Origin: a virus
DNA length: 64,000 nt
Direction: 5' to 3' (one strand)
IMG/VR virus record: IMGVR_UViG_3300005573_001035
Span: 73,620 to 137,619 of that record
In this document: in pieces, positions 9,288 through 19,603 of the stretch
Layout: each line of letters opens with the position of its first letter
How positions within the stretch are numbered: position 1 is the first letter of the stretch
Program-made: the position numbers and the translations under genes
Notes under the pieces: generated by a model
The model's input: only the letters and a program-made list of their open reading frames with translations
Told to the model about the DNA's origin: nothing
Databases searched by the model: none

Positions 9288-12200
9288 TTAGACAGCAGCT
9301 ATAACCACCCTGCCATTAAATCTTGAATCTGGACTAGAACTAACATATATTCTTACATTATTAGAATCAATAATTGTAATCTGATCTGGAAATACAAGAT
9401 TTCCAGTAGACGTATCCCACGTGCTAACTAACAGGGCTGAAGAATTAAGATTGTGAGTAAACGTTATGTAATAGTTACCGGTTCCAGAAGTCCACGATGT
9501 CGTATTATTGAACGTAGTTGTGTACCTAGAAAGAGATCCGCTAAAACCCGAGTAACCACTAAAACCACTTACTCCAGAGTAACCACTAAAACCAGATTTA
9601 CCACTAAAACCACTTACTCCAGAGTAACCACTAAAACCACTTACGCCTGAATAGCCCGAGTAGCCACTAAAACCAGATTTACCACTAAAACCACTTACTC
9701 CATCTAGTCCTTGAGAACCAGAATAACCCGAGTAGCCACTAAAACCAGATTTACCACTAAAACCACTTACTCCATCTAGTCCTTGAGAACCAGAATAACC
9801 CGAGAAACCGCTTACGCCAGAATAGCCACTAAAACCACTTACTCCATCTAGTCCTTGAGAACCAGAATAACCCGAGAAACCGCTTACGCCAGAATAGCCA
9901 CTAAAACCACTTACTCCATCTAGTCCTTGAGAACCAGAATACCCACTAAAACCACTTGTTCCCGAATACCCACTAAAACCACTTGTTCCTTCGAGACCTT
10001 GAGAACCAGAATATCCTGAGAAACCACTTACGCCCGAATACCCACTAAAACCACTTGTTCCTTGAGGACCAGAATACCCCGAAAAGCCGCTCGTACCAGA
10101 ATATCCACTATATCCACTCGTACCTGTGGGGCCTTGAGGACCAGAATACCCAGAGAAACCACTTACACCAGAGTAACCCGAAAAGCCACTTGTTCCAGAA
10201 TACCCACTAAATCCACTAGTTCCCTCAGGTCCTTGAGACCCAGAATACCCACTAAAACCAGAAACACCTTGTGGTCCAGAATACCCTGAAAAGCCACTTA
10301 CACCAGAATACCCACTAAAACCACTTATTCCTTCCGGACCCTGAAGACCAGAGTATCCAGAGAAACCACTAGTACCACTTATTCCAGAATACCCACTAAA
10401 ACCACTTGTTCCCGAATACCCACTAAAACCACTTGTTCCCGCAGGACCTTGCAACCCAGAATATCCAGAGAAACCACTTTCGCCCGAATAGCCACTAAAC
10501 CCAGATGTTCCTTCTGGTCCTTGAGAACCAGAATACCCCGAGAAACCACTTATACCTGAGTAGCCAGAGAAACCAGATTTACCACTAACACCACTCGCCC
10601 CAGAATACCCCGAGAAACCACTTACACCCGAGTAACCACTAAAACCAGATGTTCCTTCTGGTCCTTGTGAGCCAGAATATCCCGAGAAACCACTTACACC
10701 CGAGTAACCACTAAAACCAGAAGTACCTTGTAGTCCAGAATACCCACTAAATCCACTCGTTCCTATGGGACCTTGTGGGCCTGAATATCCAGAGAAACCA
10801 CTTACACCTGAGTAGCCCGAGAAACCACTTGTTCCTGTAGGACCTTGAGGACCCGAGTACCCACTAAAACCACTTTCACCCGAGTAACCACTAAAACCAC
10901 TCACACCTGTAGGACCTTGAGGTCCAGAATATCCACTAAATCCACTTACACCAGAGTAACCAGAGAAACCACTTGTTCCTTCGGGTCCTTGAGGACCAGA
11001 ATAGCCCGAGAAACCACTAAAACCACTCGTACCTGTTGGGCCTTGAGGTCCAGAATATCCACTAAATCCACTTACACCAGAGTAACCAGACAAACCACTT
11101 GGTCCCGAGTAACCACTAAAACCAGAAATTCCTTCTGGTCCTTGTGGGCCGGAATATCCACTAAAACCAGACCTCCCACTTACACCCGAGTAACCCGAAA
11201 AGCCACTGGTTCCAGAATACCCACTAAATCCACTCGTTCCTGTAGGGCCTTGAGGACCAGAATACCCAGAGAAACCACTCGTACCAGAATAGCCACTAAA
11301 TCCAGACGTTCCTTCTGGGCCTTGAGAACCAGAATACCCAGAGAAACCACTCGTACCAGAATAGCCACTAAATCCAGAAGTACCCTGGGGTCCAGAATAC
11401 CCAGAGAAACCACTTACACCAGAGTAACCCGAAAAGCCACTCGTCCCCTGGGGCCCTGGTTCTCCACTATATCCACTATATCCACTCGTTCCAGTGGGAC
11501 CCTGAGAACCAGAATATCCCGAGAAACCACTAACGCCCGAATAGCCACTAAAACCAGAAGTTCCAGTGGGACCCTGAGAACCAGAATATCCCGAGAAACC
11601 ACTAACGCCCGAATAGCCACTAAAACCAGAAGTTCCAGTGGGACCCTGAGAACCAGAGTAGCCACTAAATCCACTTAGACCCGAATAGCCACTAAATCCA
11701 GAAGTTCCCTGGGGTCCTGGTTCTCCACTATATCCACTATATCCACTCGTTCCAGCGGGGCCTTGAGACCCGGAATACCCAGAGAAACCACTCGTACCCG
11801 AATAGCCACTAAAACCAGAAGTTCCCTGGGGTCCTGGTTCTCCACTATATCCACTAAAACCAGATGTTCCCTCTGGACCCTGAGAACCAGAGTAGCCACT
11901 AAATCCACTTAGACCCGAATAGCCACTAAAACCAGATGTTCCAGTAGAGCCCTGGGGTCCGGAATAACCCGAGAATCCACTCGTTCCAGAATACCCACTA
12001 AAACCAGATGTTCCCTCTGGACCCTGAGAACCAGAATATCCCGAAAAGCCACTCGCGCCCGAATAGCCAGAGAAACCACTTGGTCCAGAATAGCCACTAA
12101 AACCACTTGTTCCCTGAGGTCCTGGTTCTCCACTATATCCACTATATCCACTCGTTCCTTGAGGGCCCTGACAACCAGAATACCCCGAAAAGCCACTCGT

Positions 12201-14099
12201 GCCCGAATAGCCAGAGAAACCACTTGTACCTGAGTAACCAGAAAAGCCACTTGGGCCAGAATACCCAGAGAAACCACTTAGACCCGAATAACCACTAAAA
12301 CCAGATGTTCCCTGAGGACCAGTCTCCCCACTGTATCCACTAAAACCAGACGTTCCCGAAACGCCTTGTGGACCAGAATAGCCAGAGAAACCACTTGTAC
12401 CTGAGTAACCAGAAAAGCCACTTGGCCCCGAATAACCACTAAATCCGGATGTTCCCTGGGGTCCAGCTTCTCCACTATACCCACTAAATCCCGAGTAACC
12501 ACTTAGACCAGACCTTCCACTATAACCACTAAAACCCGAATAGCCACTCGAACCAGGAGCATCCCCACTATAGCCCGAAAAGCCACTAAATCCCGAGTAA
12601 CCACTTAGACCTGAGTAGCCACTAAAACCACTAAAACCCGAATAGCCACTGGTTCCCGAAGGCCCAGAAAAACCACTAAATCCCGAGTACCCACTTAGAC
12701 CAGGCCCCCCACTATAACCACTAAAACCCGAGTAGCCACTGGAACCTGAGTAACCAGACAATCCGCTAAATCCTGAGTACCCACTATAACCACTAGGCCC
12801 TGGGGGTCCAGAGGAACCACTATAACCGCTCCTGCCCGACTGGCCACTAGCTCCAGAATAACCGCTAAATCCACTCTTGCCAGAGAAACCACTCAACCCA
12901 CTTACACCTGCAGGACCTGGCTGCCCAGACCAACCACTAAAACCTGAGAAACCAGACAAACCAGGTACTCCGGGTAAGCCACTCCAACCAGAGTATCCAC
13001 TCCATCCAGAAAAACCACTTTGTCCACTAAAACCACTAAAACCTGATTGGCCTGGTTCTCCACCACCGCCACTACCGCCACTACCTCCTTCTCCCCCACC
13101 ACCACCGCCGCCACCAGTACCAGCCGAAGAACCAGGGCCACTATACGAAGGAGGAAGATACGAAGGTGGAGGTTGCTTATCTCCTGCGAAACCTGGAGGA
13201 GCAGGCATAGCCTGAGGAACTGAACTAGGGGTTGAAGGCGTGGATGGAGTATGAGTTCTCTCAGAAAAGGATTCCCAGGGACAATTTCTATCTCCTATTG
13301 GATTAGCTCTTTCTGCATATTTGGCTAGTCCTGTTTGATCACATCTCTTACGACCATCAGTGTTTATGTCTTTGTCAGCTCGAAGATTAAACTCATCTTT
13401 GGTCCATATTCGAATCTCACCATCAGCAATAATATGAATCTTCTTTCCAACTTTCAGAAATAAGTTTCCTTCTGTTTCAAGGTGAACATCGTCTTTAAAT
13501 TTCGCATGGAATTGTCTCTTAGTAATATCAACCCGGAAGAAATCTCCAAGATACGTTCTAAATAGAAATTGTTCCTGTTCTTCTCTCTCATCTAAAACAA
13601 GGACGGTTTGATTATCATCAACTTTACAGATAGATGCTATGTCACCAGCAGGCGGGTTAGTCAGGAGGCGCTTTTTCCCTGTAATTTCCCAGCGCTCATC
13701 TTGAGGGTCGTCAGATATGACAATCGTTCTGCCTTCTGGAGATTTGAAGAGAACCCACTTATCTTCATACTTTCCGACTTGGCACTCAGGTAAGACTTTC
13801 GAAGATTCAATTTCCAGGGATGCAAAATAGTAGGGTCTGTTTGCATTTCCCTGCTCAAAAAAGACCCAAACCCAAGACCCTTTTCTAGGAACTAAGCAAG
13901 CACCATAGTACCAATTCTCAGGGTTCGCTTCTAAGTTTCTTCCACCCAGATACGTATTAGCTGGACGGGCCCAGATTGCCTTTTCTTTATCTAGCTCAGG
14001 CATCAAAGCTGGAATCCAGACCTTGACCCTGCCAAATTGCTCTGGGTCTCTATTATCTATGACTTCTGCTCTGAAGAAGCCATTCAGAAGTTGCTCCAT
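9288..14099 (-). CDS. gp5/VgrG-like baseplate spike (OB-fold) fused to a ~1170-aa Gly-X-Ser collagen-like repeat and a small C-terminal beta domain
   Basis: N-terminal FRAEVIDNRDPEQFGRVKVWIP...WARP...VPRKGSWVWVFFEQGNANRP (gp5 OB-fold signature); Pro/Gly linker; G-X-S triplets; C-terminal THNLNS...VFPDQITIIDSNNVRI. Confidence 0.85.
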   Translation of the reverse strand: MEQLLNGFFRAEVIDNRDPEQFGRVKVWIPALMPELDKEKAIWARPANTYLGGRNLEANPENWYYGACLVPRKGSWVWVFFEQGNANRPYYFASLEIESSKVLPECQVGKYEDKWVLFKSPEGRTIVISDDPQDERWEITGKKRLLTNPPAGDIASICKVDDNQTVLVLDEREEQEQFLFRTYLGDFFRVDITKRQFHAKFKDDVHLETEGNLFLKVGKKIHIIADGEIRIWTKDEFNLRADKDINTDGRKRCDQTGLAKYAERANPIGDRNCPWESFSERTHTPSTPSTPSSVPQAMPAPPGFAGDKQPPPSYLPPSYSGPGSSAGTGGGGGGGGEGGSGGSGGGGEPGQSGFSGFSGQSGFSGWSGYSGWSGLPGVPGLSGFSGFSGWSGQPGPAGVSGLSGFSGKSGFSGYSGASGQSGRSGYSGSSGPPGPSGYSGYSGFSGLSGYSGSSGYSGFSGYSGGPGLSGYSGFSGFSGPSGTSGYSGFSGFSGYSGLSGYSGFSGFSGYSGDAPGSSGYSGFSGYSGRSGLSGYSGFSGYSGEAGPQGTSGFSGYSGPSGFSGYSGTSGFSGYSGPQGVSGTSGFSGYSGETGPQGTSGFSGYSGLSGFSGYSGPSGFSGYSGTSGFSGYSGTSGFSGYSGCQGPQGTSGYSGYSGEPGPQGTSGFSGYSGPSGFSGYSGASGFSGYSGSQGPEGTSGFSGYSGTSGFSGYSGPQGSTGTSGFSGYSGLSGFSGYSGSQGPEGTSGFSGYSGEPGPQGTSGFSGYSGTSGFSGYSGSQGPAGTSGYSGYSGEPGPQGTSGFSGYSGLSGFSGYSGSQGPTGTSGFSGYSGVSGFSGYSGSQGPTGTSGFSGYSGVSGFSGYSGSQGPTGTSGYSGYSGEPGPQGTSGFSGYSGVSGFSGYSGPQGTSGFSGYSGTSGFSGYSGSQGPEGTSGFSGYSGTSGFSGYSGPQGPTGTSGFSGYSGTSGFSGYSGVSGRSGFSGYSGPQGPEGISGFSGYSGPSGLSGYSGVSGFSGYSGPQGPTGTSGFSGFSGYSGPQGPEGTSGFSGYSGVSGFSGYSGPQGPTGVSGFSGYSGESGFSGYSGPQGPTGTSGFSGYSGVSGFSGYSGPQGPIGTSGFSGYSGLQGTSGFSGYSGVSGFSGYSGSQGPEGTSGFSGYSGVSGFSGYSGASGVSGKSGFSGYSGISGFSGYSGSQGPEGTSGFSGYSGESGFSGYSGLQGPAGTSGFSGYSGTSGFSGYSGISGTSGFSGYSGLQGPEGISGFSGYSGVSGFSGYSGPQGVSGFSGYSGSQGPEGTSGFSGYSGTSGFSGYSGVSGFSGYSGPQGPTGTSGYSGYSGTSGFSGYSGPQGTSGFSGYSGVSGFSGYSGSQGLEGTSGFSGYSGTSGFSGYSGSQGLDGVSGFSGYSGVSGFSGYSGSQGLDGVSGFSGYSGVSGFSGYSGSQGLDGVSGFSGKSGFSGYSGYSGSQGLDGVSGFSGKSGFSGYSGYSGVSGFSGYSGVSGFSGKSGFSGYSGVSGFSGYSGFSGSLSRYTTTFNNTTSWTSGTGNYYITFTHNLNSSALLVSTWDTSTGNLVFPDQITIIDSNNVRIYVSSSPDSRFNGRVVIAAV
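9540..13060 (-). repeat. Intragenic 9-nt-unit degenerate repeat encoding G-X-S/G-P-Q triplets
   Basis: Recurrent ccactaaaacc/ccagaata units; near-exact higher-order duplications, e.g. 9661-9960 and 11491-11660. Confidence 0.95.
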
Positions 14100-14146
14100 T
14101 TTCTACCCTATCCACCAGAAAGTTAGTTTCCTTTCCATACCGTTGC

Positions 14147-15070
14147 TTATAATCTCGTTACAATTATCTCGATAGCTTTTGATATACGGGTATAAGAATA
14201 AGAATGAAACTTCGAGAAAAATGAACCAGCAATGGTTGATCCTTTAAGCTCAGAGCAAATAAAGAATGAGACAAACCTACCATAATCTTCCAGCGCAGCC
14301 ACAAAACTAGATCCAAAACTACGAAATAATACTGACGAAAATACAAAGGGGCTTATACCCGGCATAATAGAAAAGTCAGATAGGGCAGCTACAAAACTAG
14401 TAATCTTGGAAAAATCATATGATTCTAACCTATCTTTTATTAGATCAGGAGAGAACCCAGACATAGAACTAGCTCTTAGATAAAGTCTATCTCCACTGGG
14501 GATACTAAAAAACGAACTCAAAACATAACACGCGACCATAAACTTAAGAGAGCCAATAAGATAAGAGTAACTTGTAAGAAGACCATATTTCTTACCAAAT
14601 ACTCGAATTAAGATAGCAGATAAGAAATCGCATATAAAAGAGGCATAGTCCTCTGACATTCGGCCTCGTTCTAGACCATGCACATGATACAAAATAAACC
14701 CGTACAATGCTAGACCATATAAATTTCTGTAATCAACTCGACCTATGTTACTGGCAGAAAAATAAGATATGTTTAAAAAGACTTGTTTCTCGGACTTAAC
14801 ATACGCTGCTGGTAAAACATATGAGGGAGCTAAACATATGGTAAATGCTTTTGGATTATTTTGTAAGAATCTAACTAGTGGCTCCTTACTATAATGGCTA
14901 ATCGTAGGAAGGCTAGAGCCAATAATAGAAACTAGGTCTTTTTGGGTGGCAATTTGTTGAATTTGACCCAATTCTGACTTCGTTTTTGCAATATTAGGGG
15001 TCTTTTCGAGTAGTTCAAAGTCGTATTTTTTCTCCTTTCCAGATCCAAGAAAAGAAACAATTCTAGCCAT
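14147..15070 (-). CDS. Hypothetical protein
   Basis: 307-aa ORF in the operon direction. Confidence 0.7.
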   Translation of the reverse strand: MARIVSFLGSGKEKKYDFELLEKTPNIAKTKSELGQIQQIATQKDLVSIIGSSLPTISHYSKEPLVRFLQNNPKAFTICLAPSYVLPAAYVKSEKQVFLNISYFSASNIGRVDYRNLYGLALYGFILYHVHGLERGRMSEDYASFICDFLSAILIRVFGKKYGLLTSYSYLIGSLKFMVACYVLSSFFSIPSGDRLYLRASSMSGFSPDLIKDRLESYDFSKITSFVAALSDFSIMPGISPFVFSSVLFRSFGSSFVAALEDYGRFVSFFICSELKGSTIAGSFFSKFHSYSYTRISKAIEIIVTRL

Positions 15071-15166
15071 GCTCCAGACTGCTTGACCTCTCTTTCTTAT
15101 ATATACGCACCTCTGAACCTATGTAAAGCAAAAAAAGAGACAAGACCCTAAGAAAAACTAGTTTCT

Positions 15167-15556
15167 CTATAAGGGAAAAGACCTAAGATCAGAAACTGGT
15201 TTTGGAAGAAATCTATCTCTTGCAACTTCTAGGATTGCGGCAAAGTCAGGAACTAAAATTGTGGGCATTACGAATTCCTCTATGCTGTAAGCCCCATTAA
15301 CGAAAAGAATAAGAGGCCAAAGAACCACAGTTCCATATTCCTGGTAAGATACATAGTCTGGTCTGTATTTAAGTTTCGGGGTCATAGGAATCTGTTTCGA
15401 TCTTTGTAATAAGTAGAATAAGTTCTTCTCAACTGCCCACACCTCAAAAGATGGAAAAATAAATAGTCCATTCTCAGTCTTATACTGAGCCCTTAAGTTA
15501 TCAATATCCGTAGTTAAAGATATGTTAGAATTTGTCTCGGCGTCCAGAGTGTACAT
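15167..15556 (-). CDS. Baseplate wedge gp53-like (LysM-like) protein
   Basis: YRPDYVSYQEYGTVVLWPLILFVN matches the gp53/tail-X pattern RPD..S...YG....W.IL..N. Confidence 0.65.
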   Translation of the reverse strand: MYTLDAETNSNISLTTDIDNLRAQYKTENGLFIFPSFEVWAVEKNLFYLLQRSKQIPMTPKLKYRPDYVSYQEYGTVVLWPLILFVNGAYSIEEFVMPTILVPDFAAILEVARDRFLPKPVSDLRSFPL

Positions 15557-15565
15557 TCTTAAGAT

Positions 15566-16276
15566 TTACTCTCCTTTTTCCTCTGGGTTTTTGTCGCTTA
15601 GAACCATTCCAGGATAATGGTTTGACCACCAAGAAGGAAACTTAGTCCAAGATTGAACCGCTAATCTAGAATTTATTTCTTCCAGATCATAAGTATCGAA
15701 GACTAAATTCGATAGACACCAAAGATAGTCTCCCTGAACTAAGTTAATAGGAATATCAAGTTTTCCATTATGAAATTTTTCATGCATAGTTTCTGTCAAG
15801 GGAACATAGCCTAGACGATTTTGATAGTGGATTTCAATTACATCTCTCGCAATATCGAAAGTACAGAACTCCTTCTCCTCTTTCATATATTTTTGAATCA
15901 CACCCTTAACTAAAAGAAACAAAGAAGGAATATGGTGATGAATACAAATAGAAACATCTTCTTTGCTTTCAAACGTTATGGCGCATTTGCTAACTTTTAG
16001 AACTTCAAGAATGTATTGTCTCCAAAGAGAAAATTCATAGCTCTTTCTAACGAGGGATTCTACGTTCTTTATAAATTTAACGAATTGTTTATCATCTTCA
16101 AACTCTCTAATTCTTAAAGACAAAGAAAAGGCGTAGTTAGGAGAAAAAAGAATCTTATCAGAAGTATTCGCAGTAATAAGACTAGATCTATCTTCCTTGC
16201 TTTCTGGTTGGAGAAAAAGACCCTCTTCCTGTTGCTTAAGAAGATCTTCTAAGCAAATACTTGGTTTATCCTGCAA
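15566..16276 (-). CDS. Hypothetical protein with an HNH-like His pattern
   Basis: KCAIT...ICIHHH...VPLTETMHEKFH. Confidence 0.55.
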   Translation of the reverse strand: MQDKPSICLEDLLKQQEEGLFLQPESKEDRSSLITANTSDKILFSPNYAFSLSLRIREFEDDKQFVKFIKNVESLVRKSYEFSLWRQYILEVLKVSKCAITFESKEDVSICIHHHIPSLFLLVKGVIQKYMKEEKEFCTFDIARDVIEIHYQNRLGYVPLTETMHEKFHNGKLDIPINLVQGDYLWCLSNLVFDTYDLEEINSRLAVQSWTKFPSWWSNHYPGMVLSDKNPEEKGE

Positions 16277-16316
16277 TTCTTCTTTTCCTCTCTTTTATCT
16301 TTTTATGTATATTTTA

Positions 16317-17507
16317 CTAAGATAAACTATTCAGTAACCTCTTTCTAGAGACTCCAATTCTAGAAAATATAGGATTTTTCAATTGGCTTGGTTCAACAAT
16401 ATCAGAAGAAAGCTTCATATTCGCAAATAAGACTCGATAAGAAACAGCTGCGCATAGATCTTTAAATGGGTGTATACAAAAATAAACAGAGGAGGATACA
16501 TTGTCAACAACACAGAGGTCAGTCCATCCAGATAACCTAGCTCTAAATCTTAGTTTTCCTTGTGCCAAAAGATCATAGTTCTGGATTGATTGCCTAGATA
16601 AAATCACATGGAGCAATTTAAAGTTTTCCGGCTTGTAATGAACCATAGCTTCCAAACTAGGAGGAGATCCAGATGTAAGAACCCTAACTAATTTACTTGT
16701 ATATACTTTTCTCCAGGTTCTATACAACTTTTTTGTAATTCTTCTGCCCGCCATCACAAATAAATTTAGTAGAGCAGGTCTGGTTATATCCGAGATTAGA
16801 ACTTTGCTAATTTTCTCAGCAGGCATCTTAAAGAAAAGACACTTGACACCAAGAATTACGTTCACCGATTCTTCCGAACTGGCCTTTGACTTCTTAAATT
16901 CTTCAGTTGAGCCTGTAAGGGTTTGACCTTTCTCACCAAAATCATACTGAAATTTTTGCGAAGTCACAACATTGTCAACTAACTCAGATTTGGTTAGCCG
17001 GATAACAATCCATGTTGGATCTGGATATAACTCAGTTACTATAGTGGGTGCACTACGGGGCTCGGCACTAATCGTAGGTGGGGGCGTGGAACTAGGAACA
17101 GGACATGGGCCACCAGCACATGGTCCTCCTCCACCTTTGCCAGCAGTTGGATGGGGCCCTTTGGGGGGCGGGGGCGAATAAGGTACAGGCAAGTTAGACC
17201 CAGATTGCGATTTTTCTACTGATAGTTGCCATGGTATCTTAAAAGTATCGGAGAGAGAAGAACTTGGCTTTAACCCATACCTCCGAAGAATAGAAGATAC
17301 TAGTCTCTCAAGGCCAGGTTTATTGATCTTAAATGTTCGTTCCGCCCCTGGTATTTTCATTACACTCCTAGCCCATTCTGGAAGAAGAGAATTAAGAATT
17401 ATATCTAGACTATATATAAGAGCTAGACGCTCTATAGATTTTCCGATTACAGCGGCTACGTTATCATCAACATCATCTGAAACCAAAACTGGGATTATAT
17501 AGATCAT
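16317..17507 (-). CDS. Hypothetical protein with a Pro/Gly-rich insert
   Basis: 396-aa ORF; PPPPKGPHP...GGPCAGGPCP linker. Confidence 0.65.
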   Translation of the reverse strand: MIYIIPVLVSDDVDDNVAAVIGKSIERLALIYSLDIILNSLLPEWARSVMKIPGAERTFKINKPGLERLVSSILRRYGLKPSSSLSDTFKIPWQLSVEKSQSGSNLPVPYSPPPPKGPHPTAGKGGGGPCAGGPCPVPSSTPPPTISAEPRSAPTIVTELYPDPTWIVIRLTKSELVDNVVTSQKFQYDFGEKGQTLTGSTEEFKKSKASSEESVNVILGVKCLFFKMPAEKISKVLISDITRPALLNLFVMAGRRITKKLYRTWRKVYTSKLVRVLTSGSPPSLEAMVHYKPENFKLLHVILSRQSIQNYDLLAQGKLRFRARLSGWTDLCVVDNVSSSVYFCIHPFKDLCAAVSYRVLFANMKLSSDIVEPSQLKNPIFSRIGVSRKRLLNSLS

Positions 17508-17557
17508 ATTCGTTTTACCCCCAGGAGAAAAAACTCTAAGAAAGAAAAATATGGTGC

Positions 17558-18496
17558 TTAGTAAGACTTTGATGCCAAAAGATTCGTAATCTTTGATTCA
17601 GGCAAATCTTCTAAACAAGATTTACAAAGATTCTGAAAACTACAAAAATAACAACTTTCTCTTTCATATTCGGGAGGTGGAATAGTAGATTTCGATAAGT
17701 ATTCTAAAAGTTTGAGAGATCGATTCAGAAATGTCTCTCCTACTTTCTGGTCATAGGGAAAAGTCTCGAATTGAATAAGTCTGTCTTTAGGTTTGTAGTA
17801 AATTATCTCAACGTTACGAATTGAATAACCGTATTCTAAATTTAAAACGCAAGCATATGTTTGGACTTGGTCAAAATCTTTCTTGCTTGGTAACCCAGTC
17901 TTAATATCAAAAAGAGTAGATTCTGTAATCGCGTCAACTCGGCCTTTTAACATGTATGTATCTGACTTAAATGATTTCTCAGTCTCTAAGAACTGATAGT
18001 ACTTATAGAATAAAGAATGAATAAAGGTGCCAATTTCTTGGTCAAAAACTAAGAATGGATCTTCTTGCTTCTCTTCTAGGGGGTACTTTTTTCTCGTAAA
18101 GTAGGCAGATCGCAAACAACCAACTACCTCAGAGACCGAGTTATAAGTCTTTGTGTACGAAAGCTGCCTTCTTTTTTGTTCCCTAAGAACTGATACCAAA
18201 TTAGACTTAAACAACTCGTAATCAAAACAATGGGAAATAGAAGAAGGCTTAGAACTATTCCCAGAATAACTAAGACTAAGATCTGAGTAACCTGTTGTAT
18301 TACTAGCACTTAGTTCCTCTTTTTTAACTTCCCAAAACGAGGTTTCTTCCTTATCAGATACTTGGCTGCTAATAGTAGTAGAAATCGAAGTTTGCTTATT
18401 AGACTCTAAAATCTTTCTTTTCTTATTTTCTTCCTCCACTATTTCTAGAAGCTTCGAATAAATAGACATTGTTCTGTCCTTGTGGTTTTCTAACAT
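17558..18496 (-). CDS. Cas4-like PD-(D/E)xK exonuclease
   Basis: GCLRSAY, GTFIH, GRVDAI, DIKTG, QVQTY and C-terminal CYFCSFQNLC (1+3 Cys Fe-S pattern). Confidence 0.85.
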   Translation of the reverse strand: MLENHKDRTMSIYSKLLEIVEEENKKRKILESNKQTSISTTISSQVSDKEETSFWEVKKEELSASNTTGYSDLSLSYSGNSSKPSSISHCFDYELFKSNLVSVLREQKRRQLSYTKTYNSVSEVVGCLRSAYFTRKKYPLEEKQEDPFLVFDQEIGTFIHSLFYKYYQFLETEKSFKSDTYMLKGRVDAITESTLFDIKTGLPSKKDFDQVQTYACVLNLEYGYSIRNVEIIYYKPKDRLIQFETFPYDQKVGETFLNRSLKLLEYLSKSTIPPPEYERESCYFCSFQNLCKSCLEDLPESKITNLLASKSY

Positions 18497-18513
18497 ATCG
18501 AAATTTCGTTACA

Positions 18514-19113
18514 TTACTTGGCATTTTCAGAAGTTATTTCTCGTATTAGAATTGCAAACTCAACCAACGATTCTCTTAGTATATTATAAGCATCAAATGC
18601 AAGCCTTCCCTTCCTAGAAGAAAAATACGCAGCAACTTCTGGTTGCTCACTAATAGGCCTTCCTAAAAGCAATCGATCACATGCTAACCCAAGCCCCACC
18701 TTTTCTACCTTTTCAGATATGTATTTCTGGACCTTTGAGCTGGTTCGATCTTTCATCTTAGAGACTTTCTTAATAACCGATTCTCGAATCATTTTCCTTG
18801 TTTCCTGCTCAAGAAGGGCCTGTTTTGCATAGAGCTTAGCAGAATCAGAAGCCAACTTTGCCTCTTTTAAAAGTTTGCTTTTTGAAGAAGGCACAGACCC
18901 GGTAAGAAATTTTGAAGCAACATAATGCATATCAGAATACATCTCAATGAGAACCGATAAGACCGCAGCCTTGGTGGTCATGTATTCCTTTATAACTTGA
19001 GGACAACATATTCCAGATAACTCAGTTACTGGCTTTTGAAAAAATAAGTAATCTAACGAATACAAACATTCCAAGATACGAACTTTTGTGCTTTTGGGCA
19101 AAGAAACAGACAT
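18514..19113 (-). CDS. Hypothetical protein (basic, helical)
   Basis: 199-aa ORF with upstream AGGGGG Shine-Dalgarno (SD)-like site. Confidence 0.65.
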   Translation of the reverse strand: MSVSLPKSTKVRILECLYSLDYLFFQKPVTELSGICCPQVIKEYMTTKAAVLSVLIEMYSDMHYVASKFLTGSVPSSKSKLLKEAKLASDSAKLYAKQALLEQETRKMIRESVIKKVSKMKDRTSSKVQKYISEKVEKVGLGLACDRLLLGRPISEQPEVAAYFSSRKGRLAFDAYNILRESLVEFAILIREITSENAK

Positions 19114-19136
19114 GTGTATATCCCCCCTTAAATGTC

Positions 19137-19484
19137 CTAATCGTCTTCACTACTAGACCCAGACGAATTAGCAGAACTAAATGTATGCAAAGATCTTTTA
19201 GATGGAATAAACCTTTCATCCTCTAAAAGCTCCAAACGAACCTTTCTAGTATCATCTGGAAACTTTACATTTTTAACCGAATTCAGAATTTTTACCAGAG
19301 CAGAGATGGTGGCGCCTTTCTTACCAATAATCTTACCATAATCGCTCTTATGAGCTTGCACTTGGATTAGAATCATTTTCGTAGTTAAAAGAATACCAAT
19401 CTTCACATCTTCTGGTTTGCATACCAGATTCTTTAGAATATTATATGATGCATCCATCAGAGCTTCTTTCATATTTGTTGTCAT
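19137..19484 (-). CDS. khpA: KH-domain RNA-binding protein, KhpA/UPF0109 family
   Basis: LVCKPEDV...DYGKIIGKKGATISAL (GxxG loop)...VRLEL; strong GAGGAGG SD. Confidence 0.85.
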   Translation of the reverse strand: MTTNMKEALMDASYNILKNLVCKPEDVKIGILLTTKMILIQVQAHKSDYGKIIGKKGATISALVKILNSVKNVKFPDDTRKVRLELLEDERFIPSKRSLHTFSSANSSGSSSEDD

Positions 19485-19538
19485 GATTGTTAGTTCCTCC
19501 TCTTTACGTATTTCTTATTCTCGTTCCTTACTTGTATA

Positions 19539-19550
19539 TATAGTTTTGTT
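19539..19550 (-). promoter_or_regulatory. AACA-N6-TA putative phage promoter
   Basis: gAACA aaacta TA, upstream of khpA; same motif at eight other upstream sites. Confidence 0.45.
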
Positions 19551-19603
19551 CAAATCTTATGCTTTTCTTTTCTTCGAACTTCTTTTTAGTAAGGATCAAA
19601 TTT

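Noticed and set aside
9540-13060. CRISPR-like periodic repeats
   Set aside because: Units are degenerate at third codon positions, in frame, and lack unique spacers, so they are coding repeats
76-13215. Many short ORF-track entries (MVLVGILVLV..., MRTRIP...) within the two repeat genes
   Set aside because: Alternate-frame or antisense shadows of the Gly-X-Ser repeats
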